From positions 30,530-94,529 of the IMG/VR virus record IMGVR_UViG_3300034101_001322: a DNA stretch of 64,000 nt. One strand, 5' to 3'. A program made the position numbers and the translations under genes. Below, piece by piece: positions 1 through 11,700 of this stretch. The notes below the pieces were generated by a model. The model did no database searches. It was given only the letters and a program-made list of their open reading frames with translations, and had not been told where the DNA came from. This DNA is from a virus. How positions within the stretch are numbered: the first letter of the stretch is position 1; every line of letters starts with the position of its first letter.

Positions 1-2
1 AG

Positions 3-716
3 AAGATTCGTCTTGACTGGGAAGTTTCTACAGAAGCACTTGAAGACAATATTGAAGGCGGAGCACTTGAAGATCATCTAGTTCGCTTGATGACAAATGC
101 ATTTGCTAACGATATCGAAGATCTTGCTATTAATGGTGAAGGATCAGGCGCAGATGCCTTCCTATCTATCATGCCTGGCTTCGTAAAGCAGACTCGTGGA
201 ACAGTAGGAAATGCTGCTCATGAGTACGCTGCAACAGTTGCAGACAATAACTACACAACATCAGTAATGCAGGGCTTGCTTCTAGCAATGCCACGCAAGT
301 ACCGTGCACTTAAGTCAAACCTTAAGTTCTACGCAGGCACTGATGCATTTGCTGGTATTGTCCGTAACAACGGTACACTAGCGGATGCTATTTCAGCAGC
401 CTTCTCAGACCGTACTGGTAGCACACAAGCAAACCGTCAAGAATTCCTTGATGGTGGCGCACAAACACTTGGTAACACACGTACAACTCGTGTACTTGGT
501 GTAGATGTTCTTGAGGTTCCTTACTACCCTGCAGGTTATGTCGACTTGACATTCCCTCAGAACCGTGTATGGGGCTTCCAGCGTGATATCACAGTAAATC
601 GTGAATATCGTGCGAAGAAGGACACAATCGAATACACAGTATTCGTACGCTTTGGTATCCAATGGGAAGAACTAGATGCAGTCGCTTATGTCGACTCAGA
701 TAGTGCCGATTCCTAA
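3..716 (+). CDS. Major capsid protein (C-terminal part; starts before the window)
   Basis: Frame is open from base 3 (KIRLDWEVSTEALEDNIEG...). HK97-type capsid motifs (F..DIEDLAINGEG, VLGVDVLEVPYYP, GFQRDITV). Followed by a strong terminator and neck genes. Confidence 0.9.
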   Translation, partial: KIRLDWEVSTEALEDNIEGGALEDHLVRLMTNAFANDIEDLAINGEGSGADAFLSIMPGFVKQTRGTVGNAAHEYAATVADNNYTTSVMQGLLLAMPRKYRALKSNLKFYAGTDAFAGIVRNNGTLADAISAAFSDRTGSTQANRQEFLDGGAQTLGNTRTTRVLGVDVLEVPYYPAGYVDLTFPQNRVWGFQRDITVNREYRAKKDTIEYTVFVRFGIQWEELDAVAYVDSDSADS

Positions 717-732
717 GATTTAACCAATCACT

Positions 733-773
733 AATAGGGAGGGTAGCGTAAAAACTACCCTCCTTATTCTTTT
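733..773 (+). terminator. Intrinsic terminator after capsid gene
   Basis: AATAGGGAGGGTAG-cgtaaaaa-CTACCCTCCTTATT hairpin followed by CTTTT. Confidence 0.8.
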
Positions 774-775
774 CT

Positions 776-784
776 GGTATAATT
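776..784 (+). promoter_or_regulatory. Extended -10 promoter TGGTATAAT
   Basis: TGnTATAAT immediately after the terminator. The same motif class recurs at 3863, 4627, 5349, 20658, 30565, 35831, 37676, 42897, 43488, 46040 and 54832. Confidence 0.7.
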
Positions 785-805
785 ACAAATGAGCACTGGA
801 GAATT

Positions 806-1156
806 ATGAATCTAACAATAGAAGAGTTATCAACAAAAACTGTTATGTCTTTAAAGTCATATGCAAAGAAAAATAATATTGAACTATTTGAAGCAAATAC
901 TAAACTTGAAATTTTAGAAATTTTGGCTAGTTGGATTCCACCAGAGCCAAAAGAAGAAGTAGAACAAGCAGACAAAGCAAAAACTTTAATTAATAAGGTA
1001 GCCCTATATTCAGAAAGAAACCTACATATGGATAACCTGGGTGCTTTAAAGGTAGGTTACAACATAGTCTCAAAGGAGGCATCGGAAAAGTGGCTAACAC
1101 ACAGGCTGGTTAGAATTGCACCGCCTGAAGAGGTAGCCTCATACTACGGTAAATAA
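806..1156 (+). CDS. Hypothetical virion-module protein with N-terminal Rho-N/HeH-like helices
   Basis: LSTKTVMSLKSYAKKNNIEL...KLEILE pattern; position after the capsid gene. Confidence 0.5.
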   Translation: MNLTIEELSTKTVMSLKSYAKKNNIELFEANTKLEILEILASWIPPEPKEEVEQADKAKTLINKVALYSERNLHMDNLGALKVGYNIVSKEASEKWLTHRLVRIAPPEEVASYYGK

Positions 1157-1158
1157 AT

Positions 1159-2148
1159 ATGAACATTTTAAGACTTCCACCATACCCGCTATCTGTTACG
1201 TATACAGTTCCAGATGCAAACACAGACTATATCATTGTTATTGAAGATGTTGCTGATTTGACAGAGATAGAAGAGTCTATAACCTCTAATGCAAACTCCA
1301 AGATCACCTACTCATTAACAGGTGATTTTGTTAAATATGATAAGTCATATGCTGTTAGCATTTATGAAGATGCTGGCTCTTCTGGTGCAGACCTAGTACG
1401 TGGAGATATTGTTGTTGAAGACAACTTAAATATTGAAAGACCATATGTAAACCCAATCACCTTAGCAACTTCTGGAACTGCAACAGATATTGCAGCCTAT
1501 ACAGAGTATGAAGGTTTAGCAAGATCAATTATTGATTCAATTACTGGTGGGTTCTACTACAACAGAACATACTTAGAAGTTGTTGGTCAAGGAACTGATT
1601 ATGTTCCGCTTTGGAAAAAAACACATAAAATTTTAAAGGCATATGAAAATGCAGAACTAGTCTATGATTTAAGTGATACAGTTAATGGTCCAGCACTAAA
1701 GTCCTATACGTATGTAATAACAAAAGACAAGTCTGCAATTACAAAAGATCCAGTAGAAAATACTGACTCATTGAATCGTGCTGAAAGAAAATACCCTAAT
1801 ATTCCAGTTGCACCATCAGATTCTATTAGTCTTTTTGACACTGAAGATAGCGGAAACGTTCAGACAATTGTTCCAGCAGTAGCCTTTCCACAAGGAATAG
1901 ACTGCATCTTTTTACTAGAGACTGGCTACAAAGTAGTTCCAAACGATATTACAGATGCTACAAAAATGTTAATTGAAGATATTAAGTGTGGCAAACTAGA
2001 TTATTACAAGCGCTATATTAAGAACTATAGTACAGATCAATTTAAAATTGAATATGACAAGAGAATGATTGATGGTACTGGTAATATTCTTGTTGATAAA
2101 ATTCTTGACAAGTACATAGAAACGATTATCCGTCCAGGAGTATTATAA
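1159..2148 (+). CDS. Putative head-tail adaptor/connector
   Basis: Synteny; ARSIIDSITG and GYKVVPNDITDATKMLI resemble gp6/gp15-type adaptor motifs. Confidence 0.6.
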   Translation: MNILRLPPYPLSVTYTVPDANTDYIIVIEDVADLTEIEESITSNANSKITYSLTGDFVKYDKSYAVSIYEDAGSSGADLVRGDIVVEDNLNIERPYVNPITLATSGTATDIAAYTEYEGLARSIIDSITGGFYYNRTYLEVVGQGTDYVPLWKKTHKILKAYENAELVYDLSDTVNGPALKSYTYVITKDKSAITKDPVENTDSLNRAERKYPNIPVAPSDSISLFDTEDSGNVQTIVPAVAFPQGIDCIFLLETGYKVVPNDITDATKMLIEDIKCGKLDYYKRYIKNYSTDQFKIEYDKRMIDGTGNILVDKILDKYIETIIRPGVL

Positions 2149-2597
2149 TGGAATGCTGCCCAGAAACAGATTTCATGTATCCGATGAAGGCAGATATCTA
2201 TTATCCAATTATTAAACAAACCCAGTATGGTCAGGCTACAAAAGACTGGGTTTTTGATAGAACGATTATTTGTAATGCAACAAGCGTAGGTGGAGCAGGT
2301 ACAGAAGATATTAAACCAGAGACATTTCTTCAGTACGAAAATAAACTTATTGCTAGAACTAAAAATGATCCAAGAATATCCTCTAATAGTTCAGAAAATG
2401 CCATAACAAATATTTTAGTAACTAACATTCGTAATGCACATGATGACATGATTTACAAAGAAACTGCGGGACCGAGATCTGGCAGAGGAACCATATACGA
2501 AATGGCTACAGTAGAACCATTTACTGGACCATTTGGCAATGTTGAATATTTTAAGATGCTCTGGCGTAGAACAGAGAATCAGACAATAGGTGACTAA
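2148..2597 (+). CDS. Putative head closure/stopper protein
   Basis: Synteny and size; start overlaps the previous stop. Confidence 0.5.
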   Translation: MECCPETDFMYPMKADIYYPIIKQTQYGQATKDWVFDRTIICNATSVGGAGTEDIKPETFLQYENKLIARTKNDPRISSNSSENAITNILVTNIRNAHDDMIYKETAGPRSGRGTIYEMATVEPFTGPFGNVEYFKMLWRRTENQTIGD

Positions 2598-3274
2598 TGA
2601 GAGTAACAACCAACTCAAAACAATTTGAATTACAGATGAATAATATCATCAAGTATTCTGTTGGGTTTTTAGATGGCGTTCAAAATGGAAAGTCTTTATT
2701 TTTAAAAAACCTTGGGGCTGGTGTTATTCAAGCACTAGCGGCATATGTCGATGTTTCAGCAAAAGGTAATCCAAGAGCGCTTCATCATATGTACGAGTGG
2801 TATCAAACTGGAAGTCCAAGCGCAAGATTGTTTGACCTAGACTATACAGTTAGTAATCTAGGGTTAAGCATTAATTCAAAGTTCAAACAGTCAAGAACTT
2901 TAAAAGAAGATTCAAATGAGCCATTTTATAATAAAGCAGAAATAATGGAACGTGGTATACCAGTTACAATAACTCCAAAAAGATCATCAGTTTTAGTATT
3001 TGAAGAAGGTGGAGAAACCATCTTTACAAAAAGTCCAATTACAGTTAGAAGCCCAGGTGGTGACGAGGTACGTGGGTCATTTGAAAGAACAGTCGATGAG
3101 TTTATACTTAGATACTTCAAACAATCATTCTTAAGAGCAAGCGGAATTTATGACTACATTAAGAAGCCAACCTTGTACAAGAAGAACCTTAAGGTTGGAT
3201 CTAGGGCTGGAAGATCTAAGGGACTTGAAACTGGTTTTAAATGGATTGCAAATGCAAAGATTAGTGTAGAATAG
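2597..3274 (+). CDS. Putative neck/tail completion protein
   Basis: Synteny within the neck module; basic protein. Confidence 0.45.
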   Translation: MRVTTNSKQFELQMNNIIKYSVGFLDGVQNGKSLFLKNLGAGVIQALAAYVDVSAKGNPRALHHMYEWYQTGSPSARLFDLDYTVSNLGLSINSKFKQSRTLKEDSNEPFYNKAEIMERGIPVTITPKRSSVLVFEEGGETIFTKSPITVRSPGGDEVRGSFERTVDEFILRYFKQSFLRASGIYDYIKKPTLYKKNLKVGSRAGRSKGLETGFKWIANAKISVE

Positions 3275-3278
3275 GCAT

Positions 3279-3857
3279 ATGACTCTTAACATTAATGCCC
3301 AAACTGGCTTTCCTCCAACATTTCTTAATGCTTATATTAATAGCGAATTAAAGGAGTTTGGATTAATTCCAGACGGTCCAAACCCATTCCAACCATTTTT
3401 TCCAGCACAGAGCCCAATAAACATTGAGGACATTTACAACGATAGCGTATACATCAAGAATAACCCTGATGCTATAGTTGTTATGTTTGATAGGCTTATT
3501 AGGTTTAGACCAAATGCATTTTATAGAAATAAGCGTGAGCAACTTGTATACTTTATTTATGCTCCAAACCTAAGCAAGTTGTTTGATGCAACCAGAGTTA
3601 TTATTGAGTGCCTTGATAGAGAAGATGCTGCAGCCCAAGATCTCAATCTCTGGATAGCAACAAATGACGTTGAGGACGATAATGGAGTTGCTATTACTCC
3701 AAATGTAATGTTCCATAATGTAAAGGTTTATCAGGCAGATGAGGCAAGGGATATAGCCGAACTAGCCTCAGCCAGAACCCTATTTTTGAACAAATTGGTT
3801 ATAGAGTATGACTACCATACAACCGATAGCCTAGGAATCTCCCAAAGATACACATAA
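3279..3857 (+). CDS. Putative tail terminator
   Basis: Directly upstream of the tail tube gene. Confidence 0.45.
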   Translation: MTLNINAQTGFPPTFLNAYINSELKEFGLIPDGPNPFQPFFPAQSPINIEDIYNDSVYIKNNPDAIVVMFDRLIRFRPNAFYRNKREQLVYFIYAPNLSKLFDATRVIIECLDREDAAAQDLNLWIATNDVEDDNGVAITPNVMFHNVKVYQADEARDIAELASARTLFLNKLVIEYDYHTTDSLGISQRYT

Positions 3858-3933
3858 AATGCTGTTATACTTATCATGAGGAAACACAAACGCCGTACAA
3901 CTTAATATCTATTCTTAAGGAAGAGGTGAATAA

Positions 3934-4572
3934 ATGGCATACAGTCGTGGAACGTCGTCCAACATTATCGTTGGTGCAGCAGCACTTTTTGTTGCAGACA
4001 CAACCCTAACTCCAAATACATTGGAGAACTTTAGTACTGAAGTATCATTCAGAGAGACACTCTCAAATGATGCAGATTATACAAACGTAGGTTACACCAT
4101 GAACGGTCTAGAAATGCAGTTCCAACCAGACTTCGGTGAAGTCCAGGTAGACCAAATTCTTGACGTTGCAAAACTTTACAAGCAGGGCATGCAGGTTAAT
4201 CTTGCAACTGCTTTTGCTGAAGCAACACTAGAGAATCTTCTCTTGGCTTTGGCATTCGGTTCAGACGAACTAACTGGCTCAGTCGCAACTCACACAGGTA
4301 AGACATTAAACTTATCTGCAGGAGATATCGGCGAGTGTCCAGTAGAGCGTGGAATTGTTGCAGTAGGACCTGGTACAGGTGACTGCGTAAACTCTCCATT
4401 CGTGGAGCGTGTTTACACAGCATACCGTGCTTTGTCAATCGAAAACGTAACAGTTTCAGCAAAGCGTGATGAGGCTTCAATGTTTGAAGTTTCTTTCCGT
4501 TTGCTACCAGAAGATACTTCAGGCTCATACGGTAAGATCGTTGATCGTACCTTCGGAGACCTATTGTCTTAA
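3934..4572 (+). CDS. Major tail (tube) protein
   Basis: NIIVGAA, VGYTMNGL, LATAFAEATLENL, FEVSFRLLP motifs; own promoter (3863), SD GAGGTG and terminator. Confidence 0.85.
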   Translation: MAYSRGTSSNIIVGAAALFVADTTLTPNTLENFSTEVSFRETLSNDADYTNVGYTMNGLEMQFQPDFGEVQVDQILDVAKLYKQGMQVNLATAFAEATLENLLLALAFGSDELTGSVATHTGKTLNLSAGDIGECPVERGIVAVGPGTGDCVNSPFVERVYTAYRALSIENVTVSAKRDEASMFEVSFRLLPEDTSGSYGKIVDRTFGDLLS

Positions 4573-4591
4573 TAGTTTAATTACTCAGCAT

Positions 4592-4620
4592 AGCCCATGT
4601 CTTCGGATGTGGGCTTTGTT
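4592..4620 (+). terminator. Intrinsic terminator with cUUCGg loop
   Basis: AGCCCATGTC-TTCG-GATGTGGGCT followed by a T-rich tail. Confidence 0.85.
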
Positions 4621-4644
4621 GTTTTATGGTAGAATAGAATTTCC

Positions 4645-5337
4645 ATGGCAACTACAATATATAAAAGTGAAATAATACATTTATTTGACGGAACAGAATT
4701 AGAAATAACTCCATTAAAGATCAAGTATCTTCGTGAGTTTATGGTGGCATTTGAAGATGTCAAATTAACTAAAAATGACGACGAAGCAATAGCGGCATTA
4801 GTTGAATGCGTAAGAATTTGCATGAAGCAGTATCACCCATCTATATCTGGAACGGTAGAAGAGATTGAAGATAGTTTAGACATGCCAACTATCTATAGAG
4901 TGTTAGACATATCTGCTGGTATTAGAATCAATAAGAAGTCTGAAGAGCCAGTTAAAGATCAAGCAGTTGAAAGCGGATCTACTTGGGATGATCTAGATTT
5001 AGCAAAACTTGAGTCAGAGGTTTTTTTGCTAGGAATTTGGAAAGACTATCAGGAACTAGAAAAATCTTTATCCATGCCAGAACTAATGGCAACCTTAGAG
5101 GTTAGTAGGGAACTAGATTATGCTGAAAAGAAATTTATGGCTGCTATTCAAGGTGTTGATTTAGATAAAGAGTCTGGAAAAGGCAAGGGACAGCAAGAGT
5201 GGGAAGACATGAAGGCAAGAGTATTTAGTAAGGGTCAAACAAATGACTCAAATGACATTCTATCCTTACAAGGACCAAAAGCCCAGAAGTTGGGGTTTGG
5301 AATAGGTATGGGATTAGATTACGAAAATTTAACATAA
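4645..5337 (+). CDS. Tail assembly chaperone, long (GT-like) form
   Basis: Lies between the tail tube and tape measure genes; N-terminal ~100 aa is visibly paralogous to 5383..5715. Confidence 0.65.
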   Translation: MATTIYKSEIIHLFDGTELEITPLKIKYLREFMVAFEDVKLTKNDDEAIAALVECVRICMKQYHPSISGTVEEIEDSLDMPTIYRVLDISAGIRINKKSEEPVKDQAVESGSTWDDLDLAKLESEVFLLGIWKDYQELEKSLSMPELMATLEVSRELDYAEKKFMAAIQGVDLDKESGKGKGQQEWEDMKARVFSKGQTNDSNDILSLQGPKAQKLGFGIGMGLDYENLT

Positions 5338-5382
5338 TAAGCGTTTTATGCTATAATTGAGTTAACCTATATAGGAGGAACA

Positions 5383-5715
5383 ATGGCAACAACAGTACAT
5401 GAGGGCACAGAACTAACTCTTATGGATGGGTCAAAGATTAAGGTACGTCCACTTAAAATCTCTTTGCTTCGTCCATTTATGAAGAAGTTCGAACAGGTAG
5501 CAGGGGTGGCAGAAGATAACGAGAAGTCAATGACTCTTCTTATTGAATGTGTACAAATTGCGATGGAGCAGTACAACCCAGACTTGTCTACAGATATTAA
5601 CAAACTAGAAGAGATCCTAGATCTCCCAACAGTCTACAAGGTTATTGAAGCCGCTTCTGGAGTTAAGTTAACAGATGCAAACAACTTGTTAAACACAGTT
5701 CTTGCAAATAACTAA
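5383..5715 (+). CDS. Tail assembly chaperone, short (G-like) form
   Basis: Synteny; own promoter TGCTATAAT (5349) and SD AGGAGG. Confidence 0.65.
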   Translation: MATTVHEGTELTLMDGSKIKVRPLKISLLRPFMKKFEQVAGVAEDNEKSMTLLIECVQIAMEQYNPDLSTDINKLEEILDLPTVYKVIEAASGVKLTDANNLLNTVLANN

Positions 5716-5737
5716 TTAATAAAAGAGGTGTAAATGA

Positions 5738-8700
5738 ATGGCTGATGTAAATGCTAATATTGGCGTACATATTGATACGTCAGCGGCACTGGCAGAACTT
5801 AAAAACTTACAGCGTCAATTAGCGACATTTCATTCATCTGTAGCAAAGAATAGTGCAGCCTCAGCAGCAGCACAAAAGAATCTACAGACAAACCTTTTAA
5901 ATTCTATCAATGCCACTGGCAAATTTTCTGCCCAAATGGGGTTGGTAAGAACTTCAACGGAGTCGTTTACTCACGCACTGGAGAAAAATAAACTCTCTAT
6001 GCGTGAGTATTTCCGTTATGCAGGCGGATCTACTAGAACATTCGGAAAGTTATTTAAGCAAGAGTTTGACACAATTGGCAAGGTAGCCGAAGAGCGTGTC
6101 AAGAAGATGCAGACCCAATATATCAAGATGGGTCGTGACGCATCTGGTGCAATGAAGGCTATGGCAATTACGCCAAGATCATTGGACATGAATGACTATG
6201 CTACTAAGACAGCCTTAGCAGCACAAAAGCAAGCACTATTTAATCAGTTAGTTAGACAAGGTTCTACTAACCTTCTAAACTTTGGTAAGAACACTCAGTG
6301 GGCTGGTCGTCAGTTGATGGTTGGCTTTACTGTACCTCTTGCATATTTTGGTACCGCAGCAGCAAAAACATTTATGGACCTTGAAACACAGGCTATTAAG
6401 TTTAGACGTGTTTATGGCGATATGTTTACAACAACAGATGAAACAACTAAGGCTCTTAGTGATATTGAAAAGATAGCAAAAGAATTTACAAAATATGGTG
6501 TTGCTGCTGTTAAAACCATGGAACTTGCATCTCAGGCTGCTGCGATGGGTAAAACAGGTGCAGAACTTACAGCCCAGGTTGTAGAAGCAAATAGACTTGC
6601 AGTCCTTGGCGGGGTAGAGCAAACAGAAGCACTAGAGACAACTATCTCAGTAACAAATGCATTTGGTATTGCAGCAGAAGACTTAGCAAATAAAATTAAC
6701 TTTCTTAACGCAGTTGAAAACCAGACAGTTACAAGTATTGAAGATCTAACAATTGCTATTCCAAAGGCTGGACCAGTTGTAAAGCAACTTGGCGGTACAG
6801 TAGAAGATCTAGCCTTCTTCCTTACAGCAATGAAGGAAGGCGGAATCAATGCATCAGAAGGTGCTAACGCACTCAAGTCTGGTCTTGCATCTTTAATTAA
6901 CCCAACTAAAAAAGCATCAGCAATGCTCCAAGACTATGGCATTAACATTAAGGCAATCGTTGAAGGTAATCAGGGAAATGTTAGACAGACTGTAATTGAT
7001 TTTTCTAGAGCACTAGATACACTAGATCCACTAAACCGTGCTCGTGCAATTGAACAACTGTTTGGTAAGTTCCAGTTCTCACGTTTGTCAACACTATTCC
7101 AGAACGTAACAAAAGATGGAACACAGGCAAGCAAGGTTTTAGGGCTTGCTGGAGCATCTATTGAACAACTTGCAATCTTGTCAGAGCGAGAATTAAAAAC
7201 TGTAGAAGACTCAGTTGGAGTTCAGTTTAAGTCTGCAGTAGAAGAATTAAAGTTAGCAATTGCTCCAATAGGAAAAACATTCTTAGAAGCAGTAACCCCA
7301 ATTGTTAAGGTTATTGGAAATCTTCTTGAAAAGTTTAACGGTCTTGGAGATGGCACAAAGAAGTTTATAGTTATTGCATCAACTCTTGTTGGTATTATTG
7401 GACCTACACTATTGATGACATTTGGTCTTGTTGCTAACGGTGTAGCAAACATTATCAAGATGTTCCTAGCAATGCGTATTGGATTCTTAAAACTTGGTGG
7501 AAACTCAAAGGTTCTTGCACAGCAAACAGGTTATTTAAATACTGAACAGATGGAAGCAGCAACTGTTGCAGCATCTCTAAATCAAGCACACACAAGATTA
7601 ACTCAATCATTTACAGCAGAAACATCAGCAGTTAGATTATTGCGTCAAGCATATATTGATGCTACCGTAGCAGCAGCAAACTTTGCTAGAGCAAATCCAG
7701 GCATGATGATGCCAGGCAAGGGTGGTGCCCCAAAGAAGGGAGCAGCACCAAAGAAGTTTGCAACAGGAACAACTGGACTACCAGGACCAAAGGGAGCGGG
7801 AGATATTATTCCTATCCTTGGTGCACCTGGAGAAGCAATTATTCCAGCAAACGTTGCACAAGATGATAGATTTAAACCAATTATTGATGCAATGGTTAAT
7901 GGAAATCTACAAGGTTTTGAAGAAGGAACAGTAAATTTAGGTGGTAAAACATTTACAACACGAAGCCAGTCTACTGCTCTAAATCTTCAGAACAAGATTT
8001 CTGAATTAATTTCTAAGGGATATTCAGAAGATAGAATTATCAAAGCATTAGAAACAAATGTTCAGCGTGGTCGTCCAATGACTGCATCACAACTTGAAAG
8101 AAGATTGTCAATTGGTCGTGGTGCTTCAACTGGATCATCTGCACCTTCATCTATTAGATCTCTTGCCAAGCAGTCTCAATCAGGATTTATGCAAGAAACC
8201 AATGCAATTAAGGAAGCACTTAAGCGCCAAGGAGTAGTATTAACACCAGCACAAGAAAAGAATTTGTTTAATGTTCAGGCTTCTCATATTGAAGAAGTTA
8301 GAAATGCTGGAGTAAAAGAGTGGAAAACTAACAACCTTGTTGCAGATCTTGGATATGTTAATAATTATCTTAATACTGTAAAGGGTAAACTTGGTCAGAC
8401 TCTTATGGGAATGTCTGATGAACAACTTAAGTCTATGGGCATTGATAGAAATGAACTTAAAAAACTTCAGTCTGGAACACACCCAACAAATGCAAGAGCA
8501 GCAGAAACACTACGTGCAGTTGCTAGATACGATGCATCGATTAATCCAAACTCATATCAAGCAAGGGCTGTTCTGGCTGGTTTAGAATATCGCTCAAAGA
8601 GCAATTTCTATTCTCAACCAATGAAGACTTTGGCTGACATGGTTGTATCAAAGGGCAAGAAGACTAAGAGCGGTGTTGTTGATGGTCAAACAGGAAGAGC

Positions 8701-11700
8701 AAAGTCTCCAGCAGTAAGTGTATCTGGTGGAGGTGTTGGAGACCGTCGTCAAGTTGCAGTTGGCAAGGGCGAAACAATTCTTAATAAGAAAACAACCACT
8801 GCTATTCGTGGTGGAAGAGCAGCGTTTATTCCAGGACTTGGAAGACTAAGAATTGCTGGAGCAGAAGATGGTATTCCTACTGGTCAAAAGACAGGAAGCA
8901 CTACTGTTGGAGCGGTATCACAATCAGCACAACTATCAAGAGCACAGTTAATTGCTGCAACAGAAAGAATAAGTTTAAAGGAAGCAAAGCGTCGCATTGC
9001 TGCAGAGGGTAGACTAGCGAATGCAATGGATGATTCTACAAAGGCTCAAATTACAACAAAAGAAAAACTATCAGAGTTTAGTAAAAAAGCAGGAATGGGC
9101 ATAGGCGCAGTATCTGGTCTTACAATAGCAGCATCTTTTGCTGGTGGTAAAGTTGGAGAGATGGCTCAAGCCATAATGCCATTTGTATTTGGTCTTCAAG
9201 GAATTATAACTTTACTTCCATTACTTGCAAACCCTTGGGTTGCAGCCATTGCTGCTATTGCAGCAGTTGGTGGAGTAATGTGGAAGATGGCTAAAGATGT
9301 TGAAAAGGCTAGACAGGCTGGAGTTGATCTTGCTAAGTCTATGAACATGACATCTGAAAAATTACAAAACCTTTCAGTTCTTACGGCAACAGTTAGTGCT
9401 ACTGAAGAAGCAGATAGAAAACGACAAAACATTCTTACTGGCGAAGATGCTGTTCAAAGAAAGTTTGGTCAAAATATTCTTGGTAGTGAATTTGGCAAGG
9501 GTCTTATGGCTGACATTGAGAAGCAAGCAAAATCTGGTCAGGGTATTCAAGAAATTGGAAGAAATATTTCTAATAGTCTTGCCTATGCAATCGTACAAGG
9601 TGTAATAACAACCGATCAAGCAAAAAGCATATCTTCTGCACTTGGTGAAGAATTAAAGAGTTATGAGATTCCAGCAATCATTAGTGGAAGATTGACAACT
9701 TTACTTGGACCAAATGGTGAAAATCTAGCAACAGACCCGCTAAAGATTACTCTTGCAATTCAAGAAGAGTCTATGCAAAGACAGGCTGATTTCTTTAAGA
9801 CTGCTTTAGAAGGCTCCATGAGCACGGTTACATTTACAAATGTTGGACAGGTTATTGGTGGAGGAATTACCGCTGCTGTTGGAGGACTTATGGCAGCAGC
9901 AGGAGTTCCAGCACTTGCAGCAGGTGGAGTTCCAGGTGCTGGTATGTTGGCTGGTGGAACTGCTTTAGCAGGTGTAGGTGCAGCAAATGTAAGGGCTGGT
10001 CTATCAGATCAAAATCAAAGAAGAGAAGTAAATGCTAATCTTGGTGCAGCAGCACTTCAACTTGGACTAGAGCAAGTAACAATGAATAATGGTTTAGTTG
10101 ATTCACTTAACAAGCAATATGACATTAAAGTTAAAATGGCTAAAACAGATGCAGAAATTGAAGAGATTGAAAAGAAAAGAACTGCAGCACTTGATACACT
10201 TAATGCAAAAAATGCAGAAGCGCTAAATCTTCTTATTGCACAAAAAGATAATTTTGGTGCTGATGTATTTACAAAGGGAATTAATGCAGCAATAGATACA
10301 CTTTACAAAGATGGACCAATGAAGGTTTTTGCTGATGAAGCAAAGAAAGAACTAGAAGGAATTAAAGACGCAGACTTTAAAGCAATGCTTCAGGTTCAAT
10401 TTGCTAGCGGATCTATTGATCCAATAACAGTTACAAAACTTGCTAATAATGAAGAATTACAAAGTCAGTTTACAATAATGGTTGAAAGCCAAGGTAGTGA
10501 GCAGGCAAACCTAGTAATGCAACTACTTATGAAGGCGGGAACAAATGAAACCAACCTTCCAATCTTTATGGACATTATAAATAAAGATAAAAAGAATTTT
10601 GATAAAAATATGAAGGCAATAGCAATTCTTGGTAATATGCAACAAAAGTATGGCATATCCGTTAACATGAATGTTAATGGTCAAAAGAAAATGGAAGATG
10701 TCGTTAAGATTACTGAAGATCTTAAGGGTATTTCTCAAGAAGAAATAACCAAAGAAGGATTGCTTGATCTTAAAGTAAAGGATCCTGCAACTTATAATGC
10801 ACTTATGGCTAACTGGAATACTTTGGTTGGAACATCAAGTACAATTAATAAAACTGTAATTATTGACTTTGTTGCTTCACAAGATGAAAATACTGTAAAT
10901 GCATATATGGCTGCTATGGGCATTACTGCTCCAAAGGGTAGACTGGGTGCAACACTTCGTAAAGGACTTGAAGAAAAAGCAGCGGCATGGAAAATTGGAA
11001 GACAAGGTAGAGTTACTCCCAACCCTATCCCTGGAGGAACTGGTGGCGGTGGAGATACAGGATCTAAGTCAAGAGATACAACACTTGATGATCTTTTGAA
11101 CAGACTAAAGATGACAAGAAAAGCATCTATAAATGCTGCAGGTGGACTTGATGAATTGATGAAGCGCACAAAGGGTAAGGGTTTGACAAACTTTGGCGGA
11201 GTAATAAATAACCTCATGAACCAGTCTCCTGGCAGAATAAATAGAGAGTTCCTTGATTTTATTTCACAAATGGATGATAAAACACGTAAAACATATCTAA
11301 CTATTAAAGATGGAAAGGCTGTTCTTACAGCGCAAGGCAAGGCTCTTAAAGAAGGATTTGATGAAGCAGCAATTGGTGATTATCTAACAACACAAACAAA
11401 GAGTCTTGATACTACAAAGGCTCAGGAAAGTGCTTTTAACAAGTTAAGGGCTGCTGGAGTAGGCACAGCACAAGCAATTGAAATGGTTTCAGATGAACTG
11501 CTTGCAGTAGCCATCAATGGGAAAGACATTGATTCTAGAGAATTAAAAGTCATGGCAGACACTGCTAAGGCAGCAGCAGATGCTGCAAAAGACTTACAAC
11601 AAAATTTAAACATGCAAACACGTCAAGGAAGGTTTGCAATCTTTAAGGAGTCTTTCAATGAAGCCATGGATTATTTTGATGCACAGGAAGAACTTGTAAG

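Noticed and set aside
5019-5028. T7 run as a programmed frameshift site in the tail chaperone
   Set aside because: The ORF already reads through in frame; the -1 frame closes after about 26 codons, and a separate short paralogue exists
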